Shown: piece by piece, positions 32,722 through 41,716 of the stretch | Numbering within the stretch: the stretch's first letter is position 1 | Layout: each line of letters begins with the position of its first letter | Source: a virus | Taxonomy: Duplodnaviria > Caudoviricetes | IMG/VR virus record: IMGVR_UViG_3300032296_000732 | Coordinates: 1-63,665 of that record | DNA length: 63,665 nt | Reading direction: 5' to 3' (one strand) | Notes under the pieces: generated by a model | Databases searched by the model: none | What the model saw: the letters and a program-made list of their open reading frames with translations, nothing else | Told to the model about the DNA's origin: nothing | Program-made: the position numbers and the translations under genes

Positions 32722-33762
32722 ATGGCTGTAACAAATTTTTCACCTTTGCTTGGACTGGCATTACCTACTACGGGTGACCTGTCGGGTACATGGGGCACAA
32801 CGGTCAACGATTCCATCACACAGTTGCTGGACTCTGCGGTGGCGGGCACCACAACGCTTTCAGCAGACGCAGATGTCACTCTGAGCACGACCAACGGCGC
32901 GGCCAACCAAGCGCGTAATGCGGTTATTTTGTGGACAGCCAGCAACGGCGCAACCACCCGCAACATCACGGCCCCCGCTCAGAGCAAGGCGTACTTGGTC
33001 ATCAATTCAGGCACAGGCTCCATCGTCATCCGTGGTGCAGGCCCAACGACTGGGGTAACGCTTCCCGCAGGCGCACGGGCGCTGGTGGCGTGGAACGGCT
33101 CTGATTTCGTCAAAATCGTCAGCAACCCAGTGGTGCTTACTTCGGACGTAAGTGGCGTATTACCTGAAGCTAATGGTGGAACAGGCGAGTCTACCTACAC
33201 TAGCGGCCAACTATTGATTGGTAACGCAGCGGGCGGATTGACAAAAGCCACTTTGACTCAAGGCGCTAATATTGCGATTACCAATGGCGATGGGTCTATT
33301 ACGATTGCTGCAACTGGGGTGGGGGCGGGCGACGTGGTGGGACCGGCATCCGCCACCAACAACATTGTTGCTGCTTTTGATGGAACTACCGGGAAGCTAA
33401 TTAAAGCCGGATCAGCAGCCACTACGACGGTGGATGGAACAAATTTAATTGGTTACAAAAACATCCCGTACGTGACAGACAAGACCACCTCTTACTCGTT
33501 GGCTGTTGGCGATGTTGGCGAGGTTGTTGGCGTTGGCACTGGCGGTTCAATCACTATCCCTGACGCAACCTTTGCGGCTGGTGATGCGGTGCTTGTTTTC
33601 AACAACACCACAGGTGACATCACGATCACTTGCACGATCACCACGGCTTACATTGCTGGCACGGACACTGACGTAGCATCCGTGACGCTGGCTACTCGCG
33701 GCGTGTGCAACATCCTGTTCATCTCTGGCACGGTCTGTGTCCTCACTGGGAACGTCACGTAA
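32722..33762 (+). CDS. tail fibre protein
   Basis: LALPTTG..SGTWG.TVN N-terminus; LPEANGGTG; GDVVGPASAT. Confidence 0.7.
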   Translation: MAVTNFSPLLGLALPTTGDLSGTWGTTVNDSITQLLDSAVAGTTTLSADADVTLSTTNGAANQARNAVILWTASNGATTRNITAPAQSKAYLVINSGTGSIVIRGAGPTTGVTLPAGARALVAWNGSDFVKIVSNPVVLTSDVSGVLPEANGGTGESTYTSGQLLIGNAAGGLTKATLTQGANIAITNGDGSITIAATGVGAGDVVGPASATNNIVAAFDGTTGKLIKAGSAATTTVDGTNLIGYKNIPYVTDKTTSYSLAVGDVGEVVGVGTGGSITIPDATFAAGDAVLVFNNTTGDITITCTITTAYIAGTDTDVASVTLATRGVCNILFISGTVCVLTGNVT

Positions 33763-35147
33763 TGGCCCTCGTCCTCAAAAACCGCGTCAAGTCCACAACC
33801 ACGACGACTGGTACGGGGACGATCACGCTCGGCGCTGCTGCAACGGGCTATCAGGCTTTCTCTGTCATTGGCGACGCCAACACCACGTACTACCTGATCA
33901 CAGATGGAACCGACTGGGAGACAGGTCTGGGGACGTACACAGCATCAGGAACCACCCTGAGCCGAGATCAGGTCTACGCCTCATCTAACTCCAACGCTTT
34001 GGTGAACTGGAGCGCGGGAACCAAGGACGTGCTGTGCGCCCAACCTTCAGCAGTTACCCAGCCCGGAATCCCCTTCTGCGATGCCTCGGACATTGGCACA
34101 GACTTGTCTGGCTGGTCAGCGTTTCAGGCTGCGCTAAACCAAAGTGTTGTAGGTGGGCAGACGTTTGACAACAACGGTACGGACGGCATCGTCAGCACGT
34201 ACAGTTTGGTGTACACGTTGGCTCAAGCATACAGGGGTGGGGTATTGGCCCCGAACGGGGATATTTATTTTGTCCCATTTTCTTCCACTGTAGGACAAAA
34301 AGTTTCCGCTTCAAATGCGGTTTCAACATACAGCCTTGTTTTTACAACAACAGGAGCTTATTTTGGTGGTGTATTGGCTTCAAACGGAGATATTCATTTT
34401 GTTCCATATTCATCTAATTGCGGACAAAAAATATCATCTTCTGGGGTTGTTAGCACTTACAGTTTGATTTACACAGCAACAGCCGCTTATGCGGGTGGCG
34501 TTTTGGCATCAAATGGTGATATTTACTTTATCCCAAGAGAGGCCCCTGTCGGTCAAAAAACTTCTTCCGCCGGAGTTGTTTCCACATATTCTTTAGTTAA
34601 TACTGTAACTAACGCTTATTTTGGAGGAGTTCTTGCCCCTAACGGAGACATTCATTTTGTACCTGCCGGGGCTAGTCGAGGTCAGAAAGTATCTGCTTCT
34701 GGTGTAGTTAGCACATATTCTTTGGTCTATACAGCGGCTTCCGATGCATATAAAGGCGGCGTTGTTGCACCAAATGGGGATATACACTTTATTCCAAATC
34801 AAGCAAACAGAGGCCAAAAAATATCTATCGCTGGCGTTGTTTCAACTTACTCTTTAGTTTATACGGCAGGAGGCGCATACAACGGCGGCGTTCTTGCTCC
34901 AAGCGGTGATATTTACTTTGTTCCTGCCAGTGCAAACCGAGGACAAAAAGTTTCCGCTGCTGGGGTTGTTTCTACATATTCTCTAGTTTATACAACGACG
35001 GATGCCTATGCGGGGGGAGTTCTTTCGCAAGATGGAGGCATTTATTTTGTGCCAGATCGCGCCGTTAGAGGCCAAAAAATTTCCACCAATCCCGGCCAGC
35101 CTCTCGGCTTGGGCGTGTGCCTCAGCTCATTCTTGAACAAGTTCTGA
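33762..35147 (+). CDS. putative receptor-binding protein, 7 x ~43-aa repeat (beta-propeller) paralogue 1
   Basis: TAATG coupling; 7 copies of VSTYSL...[14 protein letters not shown]...GQK. Confidence 0.75.
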   Translation: MALVLKNRVKSTTTTTGTGTITLGAAATGYQAFSVIGDANTTYYLITDGTDWETGLGTYTASGTTLSRDQVYASSNSNALVNWSAGTKDVLCAQPSAVTQPGIPFCDASDIGTDLSGWSAFQAALNQSVVGGQTFDNNGTDGIVSTYSLVYTLAQAYRGGVLAPNGDIYFVPFSSTVGQKVSASNAVSTYSLVFTTTGAYFGGVLASNGDIHFVPYSSNCGQKISSSGVVSTYSLIYTATAAYAGGVLASNGDIYFIPREAPVGQKTSSAGVVSTYSLVNTVTNAYFGGVLAPNGDIHFVPAGASRGQKVSASGVVSTYSLVYTAASDAYKGGVVAPNGDIHFIPNQANRGQKISIAGVVSTYSLVYTAGGAYNGGVLAPSGDIYFVPASANRGQKVSAAGVVSTYSLVYTTTDAYAGGVLSQDGGIYFVPDRAVRGQKISTNPGQPLGLGVCLSSFLNKF

Positions 35148-35149
35148 CC

Positions 35150-36541
35150 ATGACATTCTTACTCAAAGATCGCGTTCAGGTCACCACGACCACTACAGGG
35201 ACTGGCACGCTTACGCTTGGAGCGGCCTCTGTTGGCTACCAAGACTTCACCAACATCGGTGACGGCAATCAAACCTACTACTCCATTCTGAGCGGCAACA
35301 ACTGGGAGGTGGGTATTGGAACCTACACCGCTTCCGGAACGACTTTGACCAGAGATCAGGTGCTTGCCTCAAGCAACAGCGGAAGCCTGATCACACTGGC
35401 TGGGACGAGCACAGTATTCATCCCCTTACCTGCGGAGACATCAGGCTTGGCAAACGCCACGGCAGACAACAGCAGCATCGGCACGGATGGTGTGGCGTTC
35501 CAGAACTTTAGTAAGAAGCTCCAGCGCAGCGTGAACGGCGGCGTAGCGTTTAACAACAACGGCGTTGCTGGGGTCGTCAGCACATACAGCGTAGTTTACT
35601 CGCCCACGTCAAACGGTTTTATGGGCGGCGTCTTAGCGCCAAACGGCGATATTCATTTTGTCCCTGTTTCCGCCAACCGAGGCCAGAAAATCTCTGCGGC
35701 AGGGGTAGTTTCAACATATTCACTTGTTTACACAGTAAACAACAACAGCTACGGCGGAGTTTTGGCCCCCAACGGCGATATACATTTTGTAATTTTTTCT
35801 GGGGTGCGTGGGCAAAAAGTTTCTGCCTCTGGAGTTGTATCTACTTATTCCCTTGTTTACACAAAATCCTCTGCTTATGCTGGTGGAGTTTTGGCTCCCA
35901 ATGGTGATATTCATTTTGTGCCTTATTCTGCAAATTTTGGACAAAAATTATCATCGGCAGGGGTAGTTTCTACATACTCATTAGTTTATACGGGATCAGC
36001 TTTATACCGAGGCGGTGTTTTGGCCCCCAACGGAGATATTTATTTTGTTCCATATAGTGCAGTAGTTGGTCAAAAAATATCTGCCGCCGGAGTTGTATCC
36101 ACTTACTCTTTGGTTTACACAACAACAGGGGCATACGTTGGCGGTGCTATTGACCCAAATGGAAATATTCATTTTGTTCCTGAAGGAGCCATCAGGGGCC
36201 AAAAAGTTTCCCAAACTGGGGTTGTATCTACGTATTCTCTTGCATATACGGCTGGCGCAGGTGCATCTGCTTACAATGGTGGAGTTCTTGCACCAAACGG
36301 GGATGTGCATTTTATCCCGCGCCAAGCAAACCGTGGGCAAAAAGTATCTGCCGCTGGAGTTGTCTCTACGTACAGCTTAGTTTATACGGACGGTGGAAAA
36401 CTTCGTGGCGGTGTCCTGTCCCCTAATGGTGACATTTATTTTGTCACCGATGAAGGCGCAATAGGTCAAAAAATCTCTACCTGCCCCGCCACCCCCTTCC
36501 CATCCGATGTCTGCCTGAGCAGCTATCTGAACAAGTTTTAA
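35150..36541 (+). CDS. putative receptor-binding protein, 7-repeat paralogue 2
   Basis: [18 protein letters not shown]; 7 repeats; ends LNKF. Confidence 0.75.
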   Translation: MTFLLKDRVQVTTTTTGTGTLTLGAASVGYQDFTNIGDGNQTYYSILSGNNWEVGIGTYTASGTTLTRDQVLASSNSGSLITLAGTSTVFIPLPAETSGLANATADNSSIGTDGVAFQNFSKKLQRSVNGGVAFNNNGVAGVVSTYSVVYSPTSNGFMGGVLAPNGDIHFVPVSANRGQKISAAGVVSTYSLVYTVNNNSYGGVLAPNGDIHFVIFSGVRGQKVSASGVVSTYSLVYTKSSAYAGGVLAPNGDIHFVPYSANFGQKLSSAGVVSTYSLVYTGSALYRGGVLAPNGDIYFVPYSAVVGQKISAAGVVSTYSLVYTTTGAYVGGAIDPNGNIHFVPEGAIRGQKVSQTGVVSTYSLAYTAGAGASAYNGGVLAPNGDVHFIPRQANRGQKVSAAGVVSTYSLVYTDGGKLRGGVLSPNGDIYFVTDEGAIGQKISTCPATPFPSDVCLSSYLNKF

Positions 36542-36550
36542 GGACGCATC

Positions 36551-37936
36551 ATGGCATTGGTTCTGAATGACCGGGTCAAGACAACAACGACCACAACGGG
36601 CACTGGCACGTACACACTGGGCGCTGCTGCTGATGGGTTTCAGGACTTCTCTGTGGTAGGTGACGGCAACACAACCTACTACAGCGTCACCGATGGAACC
36701 AACTGGGAAATCGGAATTGGCACTTACACCGCCTCCGGCACAACGCTGGCACGCACCACGATCCTTGAGTCGAGCAACAGCAACGCTGCCGTGAACTGGA
36801 GCGCAGGAACAAAATACGTTATTGCCACCTACCCAGCAGAAGCCACGCAGGGCACTGTGCCGACAGGTGACAACTCATCGGTTGGCACTGATCTGGTGGC
36901 TTGGACGAACCTCAAGAAGACGCTGGACGCTGGCGTGATCAACGGTGCGCCGTATAACAACAGTGGTGTTGCTGGGTTTGTCAGTACCTATTCTTTGGTT
37001 TATACAGAAACTAGCGCATACCAAGGCGGCGTCCTTGCCCCTAATGGGGACATCCATTTTGTTCCATGCAGCGCCGTTCTAGGACAAAAAGTATCTGCTG
37101 CTGGAGTTGTTTCAACTTATTCTCTGGCTTACACAACATCAAACGCATACGCCGGAGGCGTTCTTGCGCCAAACGGAGACATTCATTTTGTTCCACAATC
37201 AGCAACAAGGGGGCAAAAGATATCTGCTTCTGGTGTTGTCTCTACTTACTCTTTAGTTTACACGGCAGGTAGCGCATACGCCGGAGGCGTTATTGCGCCA
37301 AACGGAGACATTCATTTTGTACCGAGCGCCGCCGCCCGTGGGCAAAAAGTATCTGCTGCTGGCGTTGTCAGTACTTACTCATTGGTGTACACGACAAACT
37401 CAGGGGCTTTTTACGGCGGAGTTCTTGCGCCCAACGGTGACATCCATTTTATCCTGAACAGTGGAAATCGTGGACAAAAAATCTCAGCCGCTGGCGTGGT
37501 CAGCACGTATTCTTTGATTTACACAATAGCTGACGCATACCGAGGTGGCGTTCTTGCACCAAACGGAGACATACATTTTGTTCCGCAAGCAGCACTTAGA
37601 GGGCAAAAAATATCTTCCGCTGGGGTTGTTTCAACATATTCCCTTGCATATACAGCCGCTGCTGGCGGTAGTGCTTATGCCGGTGGTGTTCTTGCCCCCA
37701 ACGGAGATATTCACTTTATTCCAAGAAGTTCAAATAGGGGCCAAAAAATCTCAGCCGCTGGCGTGGTGTCAACTTACGCTCTTGTTTACACCAACACTGG
37801 GTACACTGGAGGCGTAATAAACGCCTCAGGGGAAATCCATTTTGTCCCCGATCTCAATGGAATAGGTCAAAAAATTTCCACTGGCGTCCCAGTCAACATC
37901 GGTTATGCTTTATCTCCCTATTTCAATAAATTTTAA
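36551..37936 (+). CDS. putative receptor-binding protein, 7-repeat paralogue 3
   Basis: [20 protein letters not shown]; 7 repeats; ends FNKF. Confidence 0.75.
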   Translation: MALVLNDRVKTTTTTTGTGTYTLGAAADGFQDFSVVGDGNTTYYSVTDGTNWEIGIGTYTASGTTLARTTILESSNSNAAVNWSAGTKYVIATYPAEATQGTVPTGDNSSVGTDLVAWTNLKKTLDAGVINGAPYNNSGVAGFVSTYSLVYTETSAYQGGVLAPNGDIHFVPCSAVLGQKVSAAGVVSTYSLAYTTSNAYAGGVLAPNGDIHFVPQSATRGQKISASGVVSTYSLVYTAGSAYAGGVIAPNGDIHFVPSAAARGQKVSAAGVVSTYSLVYTTNSGAFYGGVLAPNGDIHFILNSGNRGQKISAAGVVSTYSLIYTIADAYRGGVLAPNGDIHFVPQAALRGQKISSAGVVSTYSLAYTAAAGGSAYAGGVLAPNGDIHFIPRSSNRGQKISAAGVVSTYALVYTNTGYTGGVINASGEIHFVPDLNGIGQKISTGVPVNIGYALSPYFNKF

Positions 37937-37949
37937 CCAAGGAAAACAC

Positions 37950-39296
37950 GTGTACAACAGAGACAAAATCATAGCTACGATGCAGGAAATTTACAATGAA
38001 TCAAAGACGATTGCCCCCTACGTCTTGATTGCGCAACCTCGCCGCAACTTAGAAGAAACCGCTGCCCAAAACTTTGATGGGTACGACGGTCTGCACATTG
38101 ACCTGATGGGTTTCTCCCACGGCTTTGTGCATATTGGTGGCGAGAAAGTTGACGTTGCACGTAACTATTTGATTGAGCAAGCACTAGCCTCTGGCGCTAA
38201 ATATATGCTGTTCATTGGCGAGGATACCGTCCTACCCTATGACGGCTTCAAAGTGCTGCATGAGACAGCAGAGAAGAACCCAGACGCAGTAGTGACGGGT
38301 GTGTACTACATCAAATGCTCAGACGCAATGATCATGGTACGCAACAAGGATTGGATCACCATTCCTAACGTTGATCCGGGCCAGTTGATTGAGGCTTGGC
38401 AGACCGGCATGGATGTGATGATGATCCCTATCTCCCTCTTGCAAGCCATGAAGGACGAGGCTCCTGACCTGCCGTTTACTTGTATTGGCAACAACATCAA
38501 CGATGAGATTCCTTTCATTGGCGAGGATAACTTCTTTGTCCACCGCTTGCACAAGCGCGGAACAAAGCTCTTGGTGAACACCGATGTTCAATGTCTGCAC
38601 ATGGACTTGGCAAGTGGCCTGTACACCGCGCATCCATCTGTAGACCTGAAGAACTATTACACAAACATCAAACCAACCCGTCCACTGACTTTGGATGACA
38701 AAGAGTTCATTGACCGTCGCTGGGCTGATCGCCTGCCTGAAGGTACTGGTAGTTACAAGTCTGTCATTGCCAAGCTGCTAGAAGAAGGCCAACCAATCAA
38801 GTTCAATATGGGCTGTGGTCGTGATCGTATTGACGGCTACCTTGGTGTTGATATGCACAGCGATACAGCCGACATCAAGCAAGACATCATGAAGCTAGAC
38901 CTGCCCGAGCAGTGCGCTGACGAAATATTTGCCAGCCATGTGATTGAGCATATCCCCCAGCATCGCGCTCCTAAAGTCTTAGAGAAGTGGCTGGCTACGC
39001 TGAAAGACGGCGGTATGCTGGTGATGGAAACGCCCGACCTTGCGGGCCTGTGCAAAGACTACCTTGAGCAAGACGGTGCGGATCAGCACATGACGGCAAT
39101 GTGCATCTATGGCGCTCACGTAGACCGCATTACTCCTGAGACGCAAGAGAAAGGCGCTTTGTCTCCACATCTGTGGGGCTACACACCGAAATCACTGGCT
39201 GACTTGTGTACGGCGGTAGGCTTTAAAGACATTAAAATTCTGCCAGTAGAAGGGCAGCATCCGGGTAAAAACTTTAGATTGGAGGCAGTTAAATGA
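37950..39296 (+). CDS. GT-A glycosyltransferase fused to class I SAM methyltransferase
   Basis: ARNYLIEQAL...LFIGEDT, GEDNFF; NMGCG..GYLGVD, ASHVIEH, LKDGG; GTG start after AAGGA. Confidence 0.75.
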   Translation: MYNRDKIIATMQEIYNESKTIAPYVLIAQPRRNLEETAAQNFDGYDGLHIDLMGFSHGFVHIGGEKVDVARNYLIEQALASGAKYMLFIGEDTVLPYDGFKVLHETAEKNPDAVVTGVYYIKCSDAMIMVRNKDWITIPNVDPGQLIEAWQTGMDVMMIPISLLQAMKDEAPDLPFTCIGNNINDEIPFIGEDNFFVHRLHKRGTKLLVNTDVQCLHMDLASGLYTAHPSVDLKNYYTNIKPTRPLTLDDKEFIDRRWADRLPEGTGSYKSVIAKLLEEGQPIKFNMGCGRDRIDGYLGVDMHSDTADIKQDIMKLDLPEQCADEIFASHVIEHIPQHRAPKVLEKWLATLKDGGMLVMETPDLAGLCKDYLEQDGADQHMTAMCIYGAHVDRITPETQEKGALSPHLWGYTPKSLADLCTAVGFKDIKILPVEGQHPGKNFRLEAVK

Positions 39297-39736
39297 CCAC
39301 CGTATCCCTTGAAGGTTTGCAATCAGGCGTGGCCGGTGAAGACCGCGCTGTTGCCATTCTGAAGGTCGAGCACAACGGCCAGACCTACGACTGGCAGCGC
39401 TACGTGCCTGCTGGCTCTGATCTGTCTACGTTCATTGCCGGACTTGCCTCCAGCGTTGGCGCTGAGATCGACGCCAAAGAGGCTGAGTGGGCCGCGCTGA
39501 CACCTAAGACCCGCGAGGTCACCGACCCCATGACTGGCGAGACGACCGCTGTGGACATCGACAAGTCCGAGGTGGTGCGTCCTGACGTCCCTGATTACTA
39601 CGCCAAGCGCCGCGCTGAATACCCTGCTTTGGGTGACCAGCTTGATGCGCAGTGGAAAGGTGGCGATGCAGCCACAGCCATGCAGGCCCGTATTCAGGCC
39701 GTGAAGGCTAACAACCCCAAACCTTCTTGGCTATGA
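39293..39736 (+). CDS. tail fibre assembly chaperone-like protein
   Basis: Y..KRRAEYP.LGDQLDA.W...IQAVKA.NPK. Confidence 0.55.
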   Translation: MTTVSLEGLQSGVAGEDRAVAILKVEHNGQTYDWQRYVPAGSDLSTFIAGLASSVGAEIDAKEAEWAALTPKTREVTDPMTGETTAVDIDKSEVVRPDVPDYYAKRRAEYPALGDQLDAQWKGGDAATAMQARIQAVKANNPKPSWL

Positions 39737-40005
39737 ACTTCGTTCTGTCCAGAGAGCATCTTGGAAAGATCGTCAGATTTGACGATCTGACCTTGGTGAC
39801 GCTGCCTGAAAACGTCTTCAAGCAAGGCGACATTCTTGTGGTGTTCAACAACACGGACAAGTTCACCACTATTGAGTCCAAGATGGCTCAGACCTACCGG
39901 TCAGGGATGCCAAGGGTAAAGAGCCACTTGGAGTTCCCCCCAAGGTGTTTAATCAACGTGGTCTTTGTGGCAGACGAGATCGCAATCTTTACGTATGGAG
40001 TCTGA
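39733..40005 (+). CDS. stand-alone homologue of the C-terminal domain of tail fibre 32722
   Basis: TLPENVFKQGDILVVFNNT vs TIPDATFAAGDAVLVFNNT. Confidence 0.6.
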   Translation: MNFVLSREHLGKIVRFDDLTLVTLPENVFKQGDILVVFNNTDKFTTIESKMAQTYRSGMPRVKSHLEFPPRCLINVVFVADEIAIFTYGV

Positions 40006-40006
40006 C

Positions 40007-40120
40007 ATGAGTGGCATTGTTTTGGCTTTTGTCGGCGGCTCCTACGGGGGGGCTGCCGTATTGGTGGTCAGCGGGACTTTTTCCGGAGGCCCAATCATGT
40101 CAACGCCGTTTGGCGGTTGA
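40007..40120 (+). CDS. 37-aa Gly-rich peptide (not in ORF track)
   Basis: RBS GGAG; MSGIVLAFVGGSYGG...PFGG*. Confidence 0.45.
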   Translation: MSGIVLAFVGGSYGGAAVLVVSGTFSGGPIMSTPFGG

Positions 40121-40122
40121 CC

Positions 40123-40218
40123 ATGAAAGACTGGTTCGTTGCCTTTGTTGCAGCGGCCAGTCTGGTTGGCCTTATGCTTTGGTGTGCATATGTTTTTATA
40201 AGGGTGGTTTATGGTTGA
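40123..40218 (+). CDS. 31-aa single-TM peptide (possible lysis accessory)
   Basis: MKDWFVAFVAAASLVGLMLWCAYVFIRVVYG*. Confidence 0.45.
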   Translation: MKDWFVAFVAAASLVGLMLWCAYVFIRVVYG

Positions 40219-40666
40219 TCTTGCCAAAGCCATTGGGGCTGTTGCTGCAAGTGTTGCCGCACTGGGTGGCAGTTACACACTTGCCGACAAGTTTGGCTTG
40301 CTTGACCGAGCCATTATTGAATGGACTCCCGAGCATTTTAAAATTGTGGCCGAGGCTGGCAAGCCCATCAACGTGACGGTTGCGCGGATCAAAAAACGGG
40401 ACGATTGCTCGGTTGAGAGCTTCACGCCAAGCATCCGCGATGCGGCAGGTATGGTGCATGAAGCCACTACTACGGCAAGCAAGTTCAGTGGGCCAGCGGG
40501 GCCAGAAATTGACACGTTCACCTACCAACTCACGATGGTTAGGAAAGAAAAGGTTGCACCCGGCAAAGCCACATTGTTGGCAACCATCAAATACAAATGT
40601 CCTGAAGGGGAGCGTGTTGTGCAGTACCCCCGCCATCCCAACCTTAGTTTTGAATTGAAAGGATAA
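40211..40666 (+). CDS. membrane-anchored hypothetical protein
   Basis: Hydrophobic N-terminus; upstream of holin/lysin. Confidence 0.6.
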   Translation: MVDLAKAIGAVAASVAALGGSYTLADKFGLLDRAIIEWTPEHFKIVAEAGKPINVTVARIKKRDDCSVESFTPSIRDAAGMVHEATTTASKFSGPAGPEIDTFTYQLTMVRKEKVAPGKATLLATIKYKCPEGERVVQYPRHPNLSFELKG

Positions 40667-40669
40667 ATA

Positions 40670-41173
40670 ATGCTGTCACTATTTTCAACCCTTGGGGGCC
40701 TGCTAATCTCCGGCCTGCCCAAGTTGCTGGAGTATTTTCAGAACAAGGCCGACCAAGCGCATGAGCTGCGGCTGGCCCAAGTCCAGACTGAACGCGAGTT
40801 GCAACTGGCTGCTGCTGGCTTTGCGGCCCAAGCCCGTGTCGAGGAAATCCGCACCGAGCAGGTGGCGATGGAGACCGATGCCAGGATGACCGAGGCGGCT
40901 CTCAGTCACGACCAGAAGGTACTGGAAAAGGCCAGCCGCTGGGTTGCCAACTACGTGGGGACCGTGCGCCCTACAGTGACGTACATCTTTGTGCTTGAGC
41001 TGGTGGCGATCAACGCTTTCTTGGCGGTCTACCTGTGGAACCATCCGCACCTGATCACAAGCATTGATGATGTCATTCGCTATACCGACCTGATCTTTTC
41101 AAGCGACGAAATGGCAATGCTGGGCGGCATCATCGGGTTTTGGTTTGGTAGCCGCCAGTGGAGCAAGAAGTGA
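40670..41173 (+). CDS. putative holin (3TM type)
   Basis: QAHELRL...VRPTVTY...IIGFWFGSR; adjacent to the lysozyme. Confidence 0.65.
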   Translation: MLSLFSTLGGLLISGLPKLLEYFQNKADQAHELRLAQVQTERELQLAAAGFAAQARVEEIRTEQVAMETDARMTEAALSHDQKVLEKASRWVANYVGTVRPTVTYIFVLELVAINAFLAVYLWNHPHLITSIDDVIRYTDLIFSSDEMAMLGGIIGFWFGSRQWSKK

Positions 41174-41685
41174 AACTGAGCAAGGCAGGTGAATACTTGA
41201 TGCACAAGTACGAGGGCTTTCGCTCTCGGCCCTACCTTTGCCCAGCAGTCATCTGGACGACCGGCTACGGCCACGTCCTGTACCAAGAACAGATCAGGCT
41301 CCCCGTGGTGCGGCCACCCGGCAAGACCAAAGACGACATTCCCATGATTCGCAGCGAATTTCCGCTGAAACCGGAGGACAACCGTGTCTGGACAAAAACG
41401 GAGATCGACGAATTATTCCGCGCTGATGTCGGAACTTTTGAACGGGGTGTTCTTCGTCTTGTTCCCGGTGTGGTTGGGCGTCAAGGCTCTTTCGACGCTC
41501 TTGTCTCTATTTCCTTTAACTTTGGGCTAGGCAATCTCCAGCGCAGCACCATCCGCATGCGTGCCAACCGGAGTGACTGGGACGGTGCAGCCGAGGCTTT
41601 CCGTGCTTGGACCAAGGGCGGGGGCAAAGTCCTGCCGGGCCTCGTTAAGCGCCGCGAAGCTGAGATTGCGCTGTTCCTGAGTTAA
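41170..41685 (+). CDS. endolysin, GH24 lysozyme
   Basis: YEG..PYLCPA.IWTTGYGH, FDALVS..FNFG.G, GGKVLPGLVKRREAE. Confidence 0.9.
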   Translation: MKLSKAGEYLMHKYEGFRSRPYLCPAVIWTTGYGHVLYQEQIRLPVVRPPGKTKDDIPMIRSEFPLKPEDNRVWTKTEIDELFRADVGTFERGVLRLVPGVVGRQGSFDALVSISFNFGLGNLQRSTIRMRANRSDWDGAAEAFRAWTKGGGKVLPGLVKRREAEIALFLS

Positions 41686-41716
41686 GTGCGAAAATGTCGC
41701 AACGCTGAGGTATCCC

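Noticed and set aside
34190-37880. CRISPR-like array
   Set aside because: The ~129-nt periodicity is an in-frame protein repeat with degenerate DNA, not identical repeats with spacers
33762-37936. Diversity-generating retroelement (TR/VR pair)
   Set aside because: No reverse transcriptase seen; repeat differences include indels and synonymous changes at all bases, and all copies are coding
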